Of a stretch of 64,000 bases of DNA, positions 9,107 to 18,412 are shown one piece after another; positions within the stretch are counted from its first letter, which is position 1; the number at the start of each line of letters is the position of its first letter. The DNA lies in the NCBI GenBank assembly GCA_965226795.1, contig CBDDDZ010000002.1, positions 576,001 through 640,000 of the forward strand, written 5' to 3'. This stretch comes from Candidatus Latescibacterota bacterium (GTDB lineage Bacteria > Latescibacterota > UBA2968 > GCA-2709665). Under the pieces are notes generated by a model. That model was not told where the DNA came from. It searched no databases and saw only the letters and a list, made by a program, of their open reading frames with translations. The translations under genes were made by a program, and so were the position numbers.

Positions 9107-11194
9107 ATGAACCTGGACGATCCAAAACTCTATACCAACCGGGAAATCTCCTGGCTTCGCTTTAACGAACGCGTCCTCGAAGAAGCCCGGGACCCGAAAA
9201 ATCCACTGCTGGAGCGCGTGAAATTCCTGGCGATCGTCGCCAACAACCTGGACGAGTTCTTCGAAATCCGTGTCGCAGGATTGCTTCAGCAGATGGAAGC
9301 CGGCGTACACGATGCCGGCCCCGACGGGCTTTTGCCGGAAGAACTGTTCGAAGTCGTTTCCGAAGAAGCCCATCGGATGGTCGACGAACAATATGCCTGC
9401 TGGAACCAAGAGCTTTTGCCCGCGCTGAAAGAGGCGGACGTGCATATCCGTTCGTCGCAAGACCTCGAACCTGCCGAACAGGCATTTATCCGGGATTACT
9501 GGTTGAGGGAACTCCATCCGGTTCTGACGCCCCTCACCGTCAACCCGGCCCATCCCATTCCGCGCGTGGTAAACAAGTCGCTTTGCCTGGCCGTATTGCT
9601 CAAGGACAGTAAGGGTGACACCTTATTCGGCGTGGTTACGGTTCCGCGCATGTTGCCGCGTCTCATCCGCTTGCCCAGGGACGACGAGGGCCGGCGCGTG
9701 GATTACGTGTTTCTGGCCGACCTTGTGCGGGCCCACATCCCGGAGCTGTACAGAGGGTACGAGATCCTGGGTACCGCCGCTTTTCGTATCACGCGCAACA
9801 GCGACCTTTACCTCGATGAAGAAGAGGCCGACGACCTGCTCCTGGCCATTGAAGATGAACTCAAACGCAGACGCAAGGGCGATACCGTCCGGCTGGAAAT
9901 CGACGCCGCGGCGCCGAGACAGATCGAACGGCGACTTCGGGCCATTTATAATCTGGGCGAGAAACAGGTTTACCGGGTGAACGGTCCGGTCAATCTCAAT
10001 CGCCTCATGATGCTCTACGGGGCGACGCGGCGTCCGGACCTGAAGGACGCGCCGTACCATCCTGCGGAGTATCCCTTTGCCGAAGACCCCGACCATCTTT
10101 TCGCCGAAATCCGCCAGCGGGACATTCTGTTACATCATCCGTACGACTCATTCCATCCGGTCATTCAGTTTGTCCAGTCCGCCGCGCGGGATCCGGACGT
10201 CCTGGCCATTAAACAGACGCTGTATCGCACCACCGCGGACTCTCCCGTCATGGACGCTTTGCTCAAGGCAGCGGAGGCGGGCAAAGAGGTTACCGTGATT
10301 GTGGAACTCAAAGCCCGCTTCGACGAAGCTTCCAACATCCGATGGGCGCGGCAACTACAGGATGCAGGCGTCTACGTCGCCTACGGCGTGGTTGGCCTCA
10401 AGACCCACTGCAAGCTCTCCATGCTGGTCCGGCGCGAAGCCAATGGCCTCCGCCGCTACGCCCATATCGGTACCGGAAACTACAATGCATCGACGGCGCG
10501 GGTGTACACGGACCTGGGTCTGATGACCGCAAGGGAAGACATAACCAGCGACGTTGCCGAGGTATTCAACCTGCTCACCACCCAGTCAGATTGTCCTGAA
10601 GTCAAGAAGCTGCTTGTTGCGCCCTTCAATATGATGGATTCCATCCTGGCGAAAATCGATCGGGAGATTGAACACGCCAGGGCCCGGCGACCGGCACGCA
10701 TTGTCTGCAAAATGAACTCGCTTCAGGATGCAAAGGTCGTGAAAGCGCTTTACAGAGCCGCACAAGGCGGCGTGGACGTCGACCTGATCGTCCGCGGGAT
10801 CTGCAGCATCCGCCCGGGCATCCCCGGAATCAGCGACCGGATTCGCGTGAGAAGCATTGTCGGGCGTTACCTCGAGCACAGCCGCATCTACATGTTCGAG
10901 AACGGATCCAATCCCGAGATATACATCGGCAGCGCGGACTGGATGCCTCGTAATCTGCGTCGACGCGTGGAAATCCTCTGTCCCATAGAAGACCCGGTTC
11001 TTATCCGGAGAATCCAGTCCCGGATTCTCTCCCCGTGCCTGGCGGACAATATCAAGGCCCGTGAGCTTCTTCCAGACGGCGACCATCGCCGCGGAGGGGC
11101 CTCGAACGGACGGACGGCCATTTCGTCGCAGGAGATCCTGATGGGGCTGGCCAGAGGAGAACAATTCGACATCCCGGACCCGCCGCCCGTTTGA
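9107..11194 (+). CDS. ppk1: Polyphosphate kinase 1
   Basis: 'NREISWLRFNERVL', 'HHPYDSF', 'ELKARFDE', 'KTHCK', 'RYLEHSR'. Start set at ATG 9107. Confidence 0.97.
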   Translation: MNLDDPKLYTNREISWLRFNERVLEEARDPKNPLLERVKFLAIVANNLDEFFEIRVAGLLQQMEAGVHDAGPDGLLPEELFEVVSEEAHRMVDEQYACWNQELLPALKEADVHIRSSQDLEPAEQAFIRDYWLRELHPVLTPLTVNPAHPIPRVVNKSLCLAVLLKDSKGDTLFGVVTVPRMLPRLIRLPRDDEGRRVDYVFLADLVRAHIPELYRGYEILGTAAFRITRNSDLYLDEEEADDLLLAIEDELKRRRKGDTVRLEIDAAAPRQIERRLRAIYNLGEKQVYRVNGPVNLNRLMMLYGATRRPDLKDAPYHPAEYPFAEDPDHLFAEIRQRDILLHHPYDSFHPVIQFVQSAARDPDVLAIKQTLYRTTADSPVMDALLKAAEAGKEVTVIVELKARFDEASNIRWARQLQDAGVYVAYGVVGLKTHCKLSMLVRREANGLRRYAHIGTGNYNASTARVYTDLGLMTAREDITSDVAEVFNLLTTQSDCPEVKKLLVAPFNMMDSILAKIDREIEHARARRPARIVCKMNSLQDAKVVKALYRAAQGGVDVDLIVRGICSIRPGIPGISDRIRVRSIVGRYLEHSRIYMFENGSNPEIYIGSADWMPRNLRRRVEILCPIEDPVLIRRIQSRILSPCLADNIKARELLPDGDHRRGGASNGRTAISSQEILMGLARGEQFDIPDPPPV

Positions 11195-11206
11195 ATCCAC
11201 AACAAA

Positions 11207-11241
11207 GAAGACGGAGGGCATTCTTTCGCTCCTCCGTCTTC
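11207..11241. terminator. Hairpin between the convergent ppk1 and phoR genes
   Basis: GAAGACGGAGG...CCTCCGTCTTC inverted repeat. Confidence 0.6.
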
Positions 11242-11269
11242 CATACTTTCGGGACACACGGATGTACGA

Positions 11270-13141
11270 CTATGCAATCGGTAGGGTGAAGCCGAACGTC
11301 GCCCCGGCGCCGAGTACACTCTTCGCGTAGACCCGTTCCCCGTGGGCCTCAATGATATGCCGGACAATCGAAAGCCCCAGACCGGTTCCACCCAGGCTTC
11401 TGGAGCGCCCCTTGTCCACCCTGTAAAACCGTTCGAACACCCGCGGCAGCGAATCCGACGGGATCCCGATACCCGAATCCACGACTTCCAGAGCCACACG
11501 TTCGACCGCCGCGACCGGCCTCGAATCCCCGGCCGGATGGCCGGCGCCCGTTTCCAGAATAAACCGCGGTTCGTTCTCCGCATCCGCACCCGCGAAAACC
11601 GCATCCGTACCCAGCCGCCTGGCAGCCACCCACACCTGCCCGCCTTGAGGTGTATATTTCACGGCATTGTCGAGCAGGTTGACCACGGCCTGTTCAATCA
11701 ACTTCGTGCTGCCGCGGACCGTCAGTTCATCCTGAACCGTAATCGCAACCGCAATGCCCTTGCCTTCGGCCTGCTGCCTGATTGAATCGTACGCCCGGTC
11801 CACCACCGTTCGGATTGCGAAATCTTCCATTTCAATCGCCAGCCTGTCGGACTGCAGCCGCGAGAGATCGAGCAGATCTTCCAGCAGCAATTGGAGCCGG
11901 TCTGAATGCGCGAGTATGGTCTGCACAAACCGTTCGGCGGTTGCGCGGTCTTCAAGCGCGCCCTCGGCCAGCGTATCCGCACACCCCTTGATGGCCGTGA
12001 GAGGCGTTCTTATTTCGTGGGAAACATTTGCCACGAAATCCGTGCGTGCCCGCTCCAGCCGGTGCAATTCGGTCATATCGTAGAAGACCGCCACCACACC
12101 CGTCCCCCCGCCCTCCCGGCGAATGGGTCCCACGTGCACGTCGAAATGGCGTTCCGGCAGACCGGACGTCGTCATTATCTGCGTCCGGGCGTCGCCGGTT
12201 TTCAGGGTGTGTTCGATTGCCTCCTGAACCTGCACGTCACGGATCATTTCCACCGGCGGCCGGCCTTCCGTGGGCGGCATCACGCCGAAAAACCGCTCGA
12301 AGGTGTGATTGGTCAGCAGAACGCGGCCGTCGCGCCCCGTGACAAGGATGCCCACGGTAATGTCCGACAGGATCGTCTCCAGACGGGATTTTTCCGCAAC
12401 CATATCCGCGAAACGGTCGCGGATATTCTGCCGCGCCGAATCCAGAGTTCGTGCCAGATCCTTAATTTCCCGGGAAAAAGCAACGGCCGGCACCTCGTCA
12501 TCGAAGTTACCCGCTGCCACTGAGCGCGCAACCTGCGTCAGTTTCTCTATTGGCCGCGAGACATATTGCGAGACGTTGTAGGACAGCAGCAGCGCCAGGG
12601 CCAACCCCAGCGCGGATGCCGTCCACATCGTGCGGTTGACGCGATCCTGGAGTTGTCCCACGTGCGTCAGCGGCGCGGCCAGCCGCAGCACCACCCGCCC
12701 GCCCTCCGGCCCTTGAACGGTTTTTGCCACATACAGCATATCCTGTTCGGGCGTTTCGCCGGAACGCATGTGTCGCCCAACCGAACCTTCCCACGCGGAT
12801 CGGACCTCAGGGCGGTCTGCCTGATTCGCCAACCGCGAAAGATCCTCCACGCGCACCTCCGAATCCCACAACACCTTCCCGGCGCCGTCAATAACCGTCG
12901 CACGAGCGTCCAGCCGCCGGCCGATCCGGTTCACGATCTCATTTACGGTTCCCGAAGTCGCGGCCTCTTCCCATTGGCCTGCAAGATAGTCAGCGGCCGT
13001 CCTGACCTCTTTCGTGAGTGCGTCCCGGCGTTGCGCCAGCAGGATATCCCGAATCGTACGGGTCAGATACATATGTACGGCCGCCATGGCCATTGCGACA
13101 ACCGCCATGCAGATCAACATCAGCCGCCAATGCAATCGCAT
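11270..13141 (-). CDS. phoR: PhoR-type sensor histidine kinase (2 TM, HAMP, PAS, HisKA, HATPase)
   Basis: 'FVANVSHEIRTPLT', 'NLLDNAVKY', 'RVFERFYRVDKGRSR', 'GTGLGLSIV'. Start set at ATG 13141 after GGAGG. Confidence 0.88.
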   Translation of the reverse strand: MRLHWRLMLICMAVVAMAMAAVHMYLTRTIRDILLAQRRDALTKEVRTAADYLAGQWEEAATSGTVNEIVNRIGRRLDARATVIDGAGKVLWDSEVRVEDLSRLANQADRPEVRSAWEGSVGRHMRSGETPEQDMLYVAKTVQGPEGGRVVLRLAAPLTHVGQLQDRVNRTMWTASALGLALALLLSYNVSQYVSRPIEKLTQVARSVAAGNFDDEVPAVAFSREIKDLARTLDSARQNIRDRFADMVAEKSRLETILSDITVGILVTGRDGRVLLTNHTFERFFGVMPPTEGRPPVEMIRDVQVQEAIEHTLKTGDARTQIMTTSGLPERHFDVHVGPIRREGGGTGVVAVFYDMTELHRLERARTDFVANVSHEIRTPLTAIKGCADTLAEGALEDRATAERFVQTILAHSDRLQLLLEDLLDLSRLQSDRLAIEMEDFAIRTVVDRAYDSIRQQAEGKGIAVAITVQDELTVRGSTKLIEQAVVNLLDNAVKYTPQGGQVWVAARRLGTDAVFAGADAENEPRFILETGAGHPAGDSRPVAAVERVALEVVDSGIGIPSDSLPRVFERFYRVDKGRSRSLGGTGLGLSIVRHIIEAHGERVYAKSVLGAGATFGFTLPIA

Positions 13142-14604
13142 CTCACTCGCCTTCCTCCGGCGAATCCATTGAACTCGTCCAGGAACCACTCGGCTTGCTT
13201 TGTCATAAAGACGCCGATTTCCTCCCCCTTGAAGGCGAAAGATATCCTGAGCCCTCCAAGGTAAATATCCGTGATGTAGACTTCCATGTTGAGCGTCTGT
13301 GCGTCGATCCACGCGGCCGATGCCAGGCAATCGTATTCGATGCCGGGGACCGAGCCGATCTGTTCGCCGAAGTAGCCGCGTTGAGGGAACTTGCCCGGCA
13401 GCACGCGTCCGATACCGAACCGCAGCACATTGTCGCCCTGACCGTTGATGTACTCCCAGGCGCCTTCATCCTCCTCTAACGACAGGCGCATCCGCGTGAT
13501 CCCCATCGGGTTGTCATCCAAAGCATACCACGCTCCGTTGACTTCCGAAGCCGCCCTTGCGTCGGGGTCCCCCGGGATCGGCAGGACTGCCAGCCGCTCG
13601 ATCTTATCGCAGAGTTCCTCGTGGGCGTCACGGTTCTCCGGAAGCGGCGCATCTGAAAGGTGGGGGTAGAGTTCCTCCCGCATCACGGAAGGAATGGCGC
13701 TGCCGGCCGGCGCGCCCTGTGTGTCGGCGATGCAGGTGAACAGAAACTCCCTTTCGGGGAAACAGATGGCGTACTGACTGCCCATCCCGCGGAAGGAGAA
13801 TCCGTTCTCTTTATCGCGCCAGATCTGATATCCATACCCGCAGTTGCCCCGGATCGTGTTGTCGATTTGCCTGGAGGTCGCGGCACACACGTACTCTTCC
13901 GGCAGGACCCTTTCATCGCCCCACATACCGCAGTTCATGCAGGTGAGTGCGACTCTGGCCAGATCGCGAAGCGTACAGATCACCCCCGATCCGCCCCACG
14001 ACACACCCTCGGGCGTGCGGATGCACCATGCGTCAGCGGAGAATCCGATCCGGTCCAGAAAACGCGGTCGCATATAATCCAGAAAGGGAATACCGGCAAG
14101 CCGTTCGACCGTGGCCGTAAGCACGACGGTTGCCGCGGTGTCGTACGAGAAGATCGTTCCGGGAGGATGCGAGGGGATCCGGTTGAAGAAGGTCCAGACC
14201 CAGTCCGGGTCGTTGCGTGTATAGGAGTTTCTCGAATGGGGGGTCGACATCGTCAGGAGATCCCGGACGGTCGAGGCGGAAAGCCAGGGATGAAGGTTTT
14301 CCGGAAGTTTGTCCGGGAAGTATTCGGCGACCCGATCGTCGAGCGCGAGCCTGCCTTCGTCGACCATCATCCCCACCGCCAACGCGACAAAGCTCTTGCT
14401 GACCGAATACATCCGGTGTTTGCGCTCAACCGACCACGGGGACCAGTATCCCTCAGCAGCAATTCTGTTGTGACGCACCAGCAGGAACCCGTGCATACAG
14501 ATTCGCTCGGAATCGATCCGCTGCAGGAAATTCAGGATCGCCCGCGAAGGGATTCCCTGGCTTTCAGGTGAGGGCATCGTTGTAAACACTTTTTCGCTTT
14601 CCAT
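13120..14604 (-). CDS. Serine hydrolase, beta-lactamase class C-like
   Basis: SxxK motif ('YSVSKS'), 'PGTIFSY', 'YGYQIW'. Confidence 0.88.
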   Translation of the reverse strand: MESEKVFTTMPSPESQGIPSRAILNFLQRIDSERICMHGFLLVRHNRIAAEGYWSPWSVERKHRMYSVSKSFVALAVGMMVDEGRLALDDRVAEYFPDKLPENLHPWLSASTVRDLLTMSTPHSRNSYTRNDPDWVWTFFNRIPSHPPGTIFSYDTAATVVLTATVERLAGIPFLDYMRPRFLDRIGFSADAWCIRTPEGVSWGGSGVICTLRDLARVALTCMNCGMWGDERVLPEEYVCAATSRQIDNTIRGNCGYGYQIWRDKENGFSFRGMGSQYAICFPEREFLFTCIADTQGAPAGSAIPSVMREELYPHLSDAPLPENRDAHEELCDKIERLAVLPIPGDPDARAASEVNGAWYALDDNPMGITRMRLSLEEDEGAWEYINGQGDNVLRFGIGRVLPGKFPQRGYFGEQIGSVPGIEYDCLASAAWIDAQTLNMEVYITDIYLGGLRISFAFKGEEIGVFMTKQAEWFLDEFNGFAGGRRVRCDCIGG

Positions 14605-14614
14605 ATCGGCTCCA

Positions 14615-14745
14615 TGAGCTTGTCGAAACGTGGTCGTTGCCCGTGCTGAGCTTGTCGAAATGCCCGCGTTCAGCTATCCGTTCGACACCCTTCGCCGACG
14701 CTTCGACAAGCTCAGGCGACCGCAGGTTCAGGGAGCGGCTCAGGA
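14615..14745. repeat. REP/MITE-like palindromic element, copy 1
   Basis: Two TGAGCTTGTCGAAA units facing TTCGACAAGCTCAGG; homologous to 55988-56150. Confidence 0.75.
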
Positions 14746-14757
14746 TGCCGCCTCATC

Positions 14758-15465
14758 TCAAGAGCGTTCGCCCATGAATCGATAGCCAACGCCCCGAACC
14801 GTCTCCACCATTTCGCTCGCGCCGCCCAGTTTCTCTCTCAATCGGCGAATGTGCGTATCCACCGTCCGGCCATAGCCGGCGTAGTCGTAACCCCAAACCG
14901 TATTCAGCAGTTCCTCACGCGACTGCACGCGCCCCCTGCGTTCGGCCAGTGTAACGAGCAAACTGAATTCGGTGGATGTCAACGCCAGCACGTCGCCGCT
15001 CACGGTTACCCGGTGGGCGGCCTGATCGATGGTGAGCGGTCCGAATCTCATCGCTTCCGGATCGGACTCGGTCGTCGCCGAGTCCCGCCCCTCCTCCAAC
15101 CGCCTCAGGATGGCCTGGATACGGAGCACCAGTTCGCGGGGCGAGAACGGCTTTACGACATAGTCGTCCGCTCCCAGTTCGAGCCCCACGACGCGGTCCA
15201 CCTCCTCGGCGCGCGCCGTTAGCATCAGAATAGGCAGATCGCGGGTGGCTGCATCCTGCTTTAGCAGCCTGCACACTTCCAGGCCGTCTATTCCCGGCAG
15301 CATCAGGTCCAGCACGACCAGGTCCGGACGCCCCTGCCGAATCTGATCGAGGGCCTCCTCGCCCGTTTCGACGGCGGCTACCGAAAAACCAGCCTTCTCA
15401 AGATTGTAAGAGACGATCTCCTGAATATCGACTTCGTCTTCAACCACCAGAATATTGCCTTTCAT
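14758..15465 (-). CDS. phoB: PhoB/PhoP-type response regulator (REC plus winged helix)
   Basis: 'VVEDE', 'LDLMLPG', 'GADDYVVKPFS', 'RTVDTHIRRLREKL', 'TVRGVGYRF'. Start at ATG 15465 after GAGGA. Confidence 0.88.
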   Translation of the reverse strand: MKGNILVVEDEVDIQEIVSYNLEKAGFSVAAVETGEEALDQIRQGRPDLVVLDLMLPGIDGLEVCRLLKQDAATRDLPILMLTARAEEVDRVVGLELGADDYVVKPFSPRELVLRIQAILRRLEEGRDSATTESDPEAMRFGPLTIDQAAHRVTVSGDVLALTSTEFSLLVTLAERRGRVQSREELLNTVWGYDYAGYGRTVDTHIRRLREKLGGASEMVETVRGVGYRFMGERS

Positions 15466-15653
15466 GGTTGTCCTCGTATAAGCAACGGACCCGTCGCCCG
15501 GCAAGGAATCGAGACGTCATCTCCTCGGTGAAATGTAATATACAAAAAGGAAAAAAATGGGCAATCCTCCAGAGCATTTATAGGACCGCCGGCGAAAAAA
15601 TCCGAAATACCATCTCGAAGGAAATCAACGAAACAAAAAGGCAATCCGAATGA

Positions 15654-15693
15654 TCCGGCCTGTCTGCGTGCGACAGCACGCAGACAGGCCGGA
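15654..15693 (-). terminator. 18-bp perfect hairpin downstream of the RNase II-family gene
   Basis: TCCGGCCTGTCTGCGTGC-GACA-GCACGCAGACAGGCCGGA. Confidence 0.6.
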
Positions 15694-15723
15694 AGAGTGG
15701 TGACATTTGTCCGGTAAAGGACA

Positions 15724-17688
15724 CTATGCCATAGAAAAGGAAATATCGCCCCGCCAGGGATCGCATCGTCCCAATCGGACGGACACGGTGTCTCCCGGTT
15801 GCACCTTCGAGGGCGGCCTGATTTGCGTCTGGAACGCGAAATCCAGTACTTCCACGTTCAGTGTCCGACCACGTACTTCCAGCGCCACCGCCTCGAACAC
15901 CTCTCCCACGCGACCTTGCAGATAGCGTAACAACCAGTACCGCTCACGCTGCCGCTCGATGCGGATCAACGTCCGCATCCTTTCCTCGGCTTCAAAAACC
16001 ACACGCTGGATGCGCTCGTCGTCATAAGCCAGCGGCTGATCCAGCAGATAGGCCGCCACCTGCCGTTGAACCGCCAGATCCGTATACCGGCGCAGCGGCG
16101 AAGAGGTCTGGCAGTACGCCTCGACACCCAGCCCGCCGTGCAAATCCGGCGTCACGCTCATCGACGCCCGCCGCATTCTGCGCAACACGCTGTACCGGCG
16201 CAACACTTCGTTCTCCACGTCGCTGAAATCCGCCAGGTCCGGTGCTGTCTGGATCCGGTACACCACCGGAATGTTCAGGTCCCTGCAAAATCGGGCGACT
16301 GCCACATTGGCCATCACCATCATTTCGCTCACGAGCAAATTGGCCGGGGATCTGCCGTCCTGCATCGAAAACTCGATTTCTCCGTCCGGTGTTATCCCGA
16401 TTCGCCGATTCGGATGTTCAACGTCGATTGCGCCGTTCTGCAGTCGCTCGATACAGTGCCACTCCGCCACGGTGTGCAATGCCGAAAAGTCGTTGTGCAG
16501 CGAATGGGATGAATCCTCCAGAATCCCGTCCACGGCCTCATACGAGAGTTTCTCACGGCACCGTATAATGGACGGAACGATATCAACGTCTTCCACCGTT
16601 CCATCCGCCGAAACCTCGAAGAGCTGACTCAGCGCCAGCCGGCGCGCGCCCGGTCGCAGACTGCCCAGATTGCTTGAAACCGTCTCTGGGAACATGGGTA
16701 TCTTTCGGTCCGGGAAGTAAAGACTGGAAACCCTCGCCGCCGCCTCCCGGTCCGTCTCGGAATCCAGGGGAATCAACCCCGCCACGTCGGTGATATGCAC
16801 CCCTACCTGCATAGTCCCGTCTGCACGTATCAGGACCGATACACCATCGTCCATGTCGGTCGTTGTCGCGTCGTCAACCGCGTATACCGCGAGATCTGAA
16901 AGATCCCTGCGCCGGCCGTCATCCAGAAGCGGAGCCAGGCGCAATGCATCCGCCGCTTCGCTGACAACCGCCGGAAATTCGACCGGCACCTCGGCTCGAA
17001 TCAGGTCGAGGTGTTCATCCGGACCCCAGACGCCATGCCGCACAAGCCGATTGAAGACGAAGCGCGCGTCCATCCTGCCGCCCGCCATGCGTTCCACCCA
17101 GCCGACATGGGCACTCTTTTCACCGTGCAACACGTAATCCTTCAGCCGATCGACCCATCCACCAACAGATTCCGGCGATTCCTCCCCGTATTCCTCGAAC
17201 CAGTGCTGAAAACGCGCCTTTTCCGCGACGCGCGCCGCCTGACGCCCGGCAGCGGCCTGTCGAGCCTGAACCTCTTCCCCACTCAACGCGCGGTACCCGC
17301 CCCCGCGCCTCTCCGCCTCGAAATAAAGGTTCTGCTCGAGATGGACCAGTAACGCCGCGCGCTGATCGGGCGTTACGTCCCCACCGAAATAGAGATCCGC
17401 CAATCCGTCCACGGTCCAGATCTCCAGGTCGTCACGCACGAGTTCCCACGCGTCCTGAAGGTCTATGCCTTCGCTCTCCTCTTCGGCACGCGCCATCCAC
17501 TCGGCCGCCCCGGTCCAGTCTCCGGCCGTCTCACCGGTGCGGAGCAACACATTCTCAACCGGCGTATTCACCGTTTCCTTACGGGCAGTCGTAAAACGCA
17601 CCTTTCCTCCGCGCAAAGACAGGCATACCCCCGCCATCAAACGGTTGCGGTACCTGAAAAAGGCAATCTCGTTTTCCGTGACAGCCAT
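15724..17688 (-). CDS. RNase II/RNB-family exoribonuclease
   Basis: 'VDDATTTDMDDG' catalytic motif, 'SSPLRRYTDL', C-terminal S1-like domain. Confidence 0.9.
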   Translation of the reverse strand: MAVTENEIAFFRYRNRLMAGVCLSLRGGKVRFTTARKETVNTPVENVLLRTGETAGDWTGAAEWMARAEEESEGIDLQDAWELVRDDLEIWTVDGLADLYFGGDVTPDQRAALLVHLEQNLYFEAERRGGGYRALSGEEVQARQAAAGRQAARVAEKARFQHWFEEYGEESPESVGGWVDRLKDYVLHGEKSAHVGWVERMAGGRMDARFVFNRLVRHGVWGPDEHLDLIRAEVPVEFPAVVSEAADALRLAPLLDDGRRRDLSDLAVYAVDDATTTDMDDGVSVLIRADGTMQVGVHITDVAGLIPLDSETDREAAARVSSLYFPDRKIPMFPETVSSNLGSLRPGARRLALSQLFEVSADGTVEDVDIVPSIIRCREKLSYEAVDGILEDSSHSLHNDFSALHTVAEWHCIERLQNGAIDVEHPNRRIGITPDGEIEFSMQDGRSPANLLVSEMMVMANVAVARFCRDLNIPVVYRIQTAPDLADFSDVENEVLRRYSVLRRMRRASMSVTPDLHGGLGVEAYCQTSSPLRRYTDLAVQRQVAAYLLDQPLAYDDERIQRVVFEAEERMRTLIRIERQRERYWLLRYLQGRVGEVFEAVALEVRGRTLNVEVLDFAFQTQIRPPSKVQPGDTVSVRLGRCDPWRGDISFSMA

Positions 17689-17735
17689 TGTCACCGCCGT
17701 TCACCCGCCTGCCGGCCCGGGTATCGTGTTCAGTG

Positions 17736-18119
17736 TTATTGTTGCGGTTTTCTGGCGACCACGTCGATTTCCACCAGGATACCCGGCAGGACGGACTGCA
17801 CCGTCGTCCTGGCCGGCCGGACACCCGTAAAGAACCCCGAATACACCCCGTTGAATGCCGCGAAATCGCCGATATCCGCCAGGTGACAGGTGGACTTTAC
17901 CACGTCGTCCATGGTACAGCCCGCTTCGTGGAGAACCCTTCGGATATGCTCCAGCGTCGTACGTGTCTGAGTCTCGATATCGTTGCCGAGCACCTCGCCC
18001 GTGGCCATATCCAGCGACGCATGCCCGCTCACGTAAACCCAGCCATCCACCTCTACTGCCGCCGAATACGCCCCCGTATCCACCTGCTTATCCGGGTGTC
18101 TGATCTCCCGCTTGCCCAT
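17736..18119 (-). CDS. RidA/YjgF-family enamine deaminase
   Basis: 'GAYSAAV', 'RPARTTVQS', 'LVEID'. Confidence 0.9.
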   Translation of the reverse strand: MGKREIRHPDKQVDTGAYSAAVEVDGWVYVSGHASLDMATGEVLGNDIETQTRTTLEHIRRVLHEAGCTMDDVVKSTCHLADIGDFAAFNGVYSGFFTGVRPARTTVQSVLPGILVEIDVVARKPQQ

Positions 18120-18412
18120 CGTGTGGCCCCCATTAGAGAAAGTTCCTTTGTTGTTTGACGTGTCAATATAGCGAATTCCAACGTGCCAATCCAGCCGGTT
18201 CTGAGTATCGGATCATCGAGCCGATGCACCTTGCATTTCGTGCCCCGGGGCTTTATCTTTTCCGCTATCCATCCACGCCGGACGATTTCCTCCACGGATT
18301 TCGATACGCACTGCCCGGGCCCCGCCGGATGGGCGGGTGGTCGTTTCCGGTTTCAGATTCCCGCTGAACTGTCCAAACGGCACGCGCAATAGGTGCTCAG
18401 GAGAAACCCTCC

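Noticed and set aside
13142..13330. N-terminal extension of PhoR in the ORF track
   Set aside because: It overlaps the hydrolase coding region; the RBS and first TM helix point to ATG 13141.
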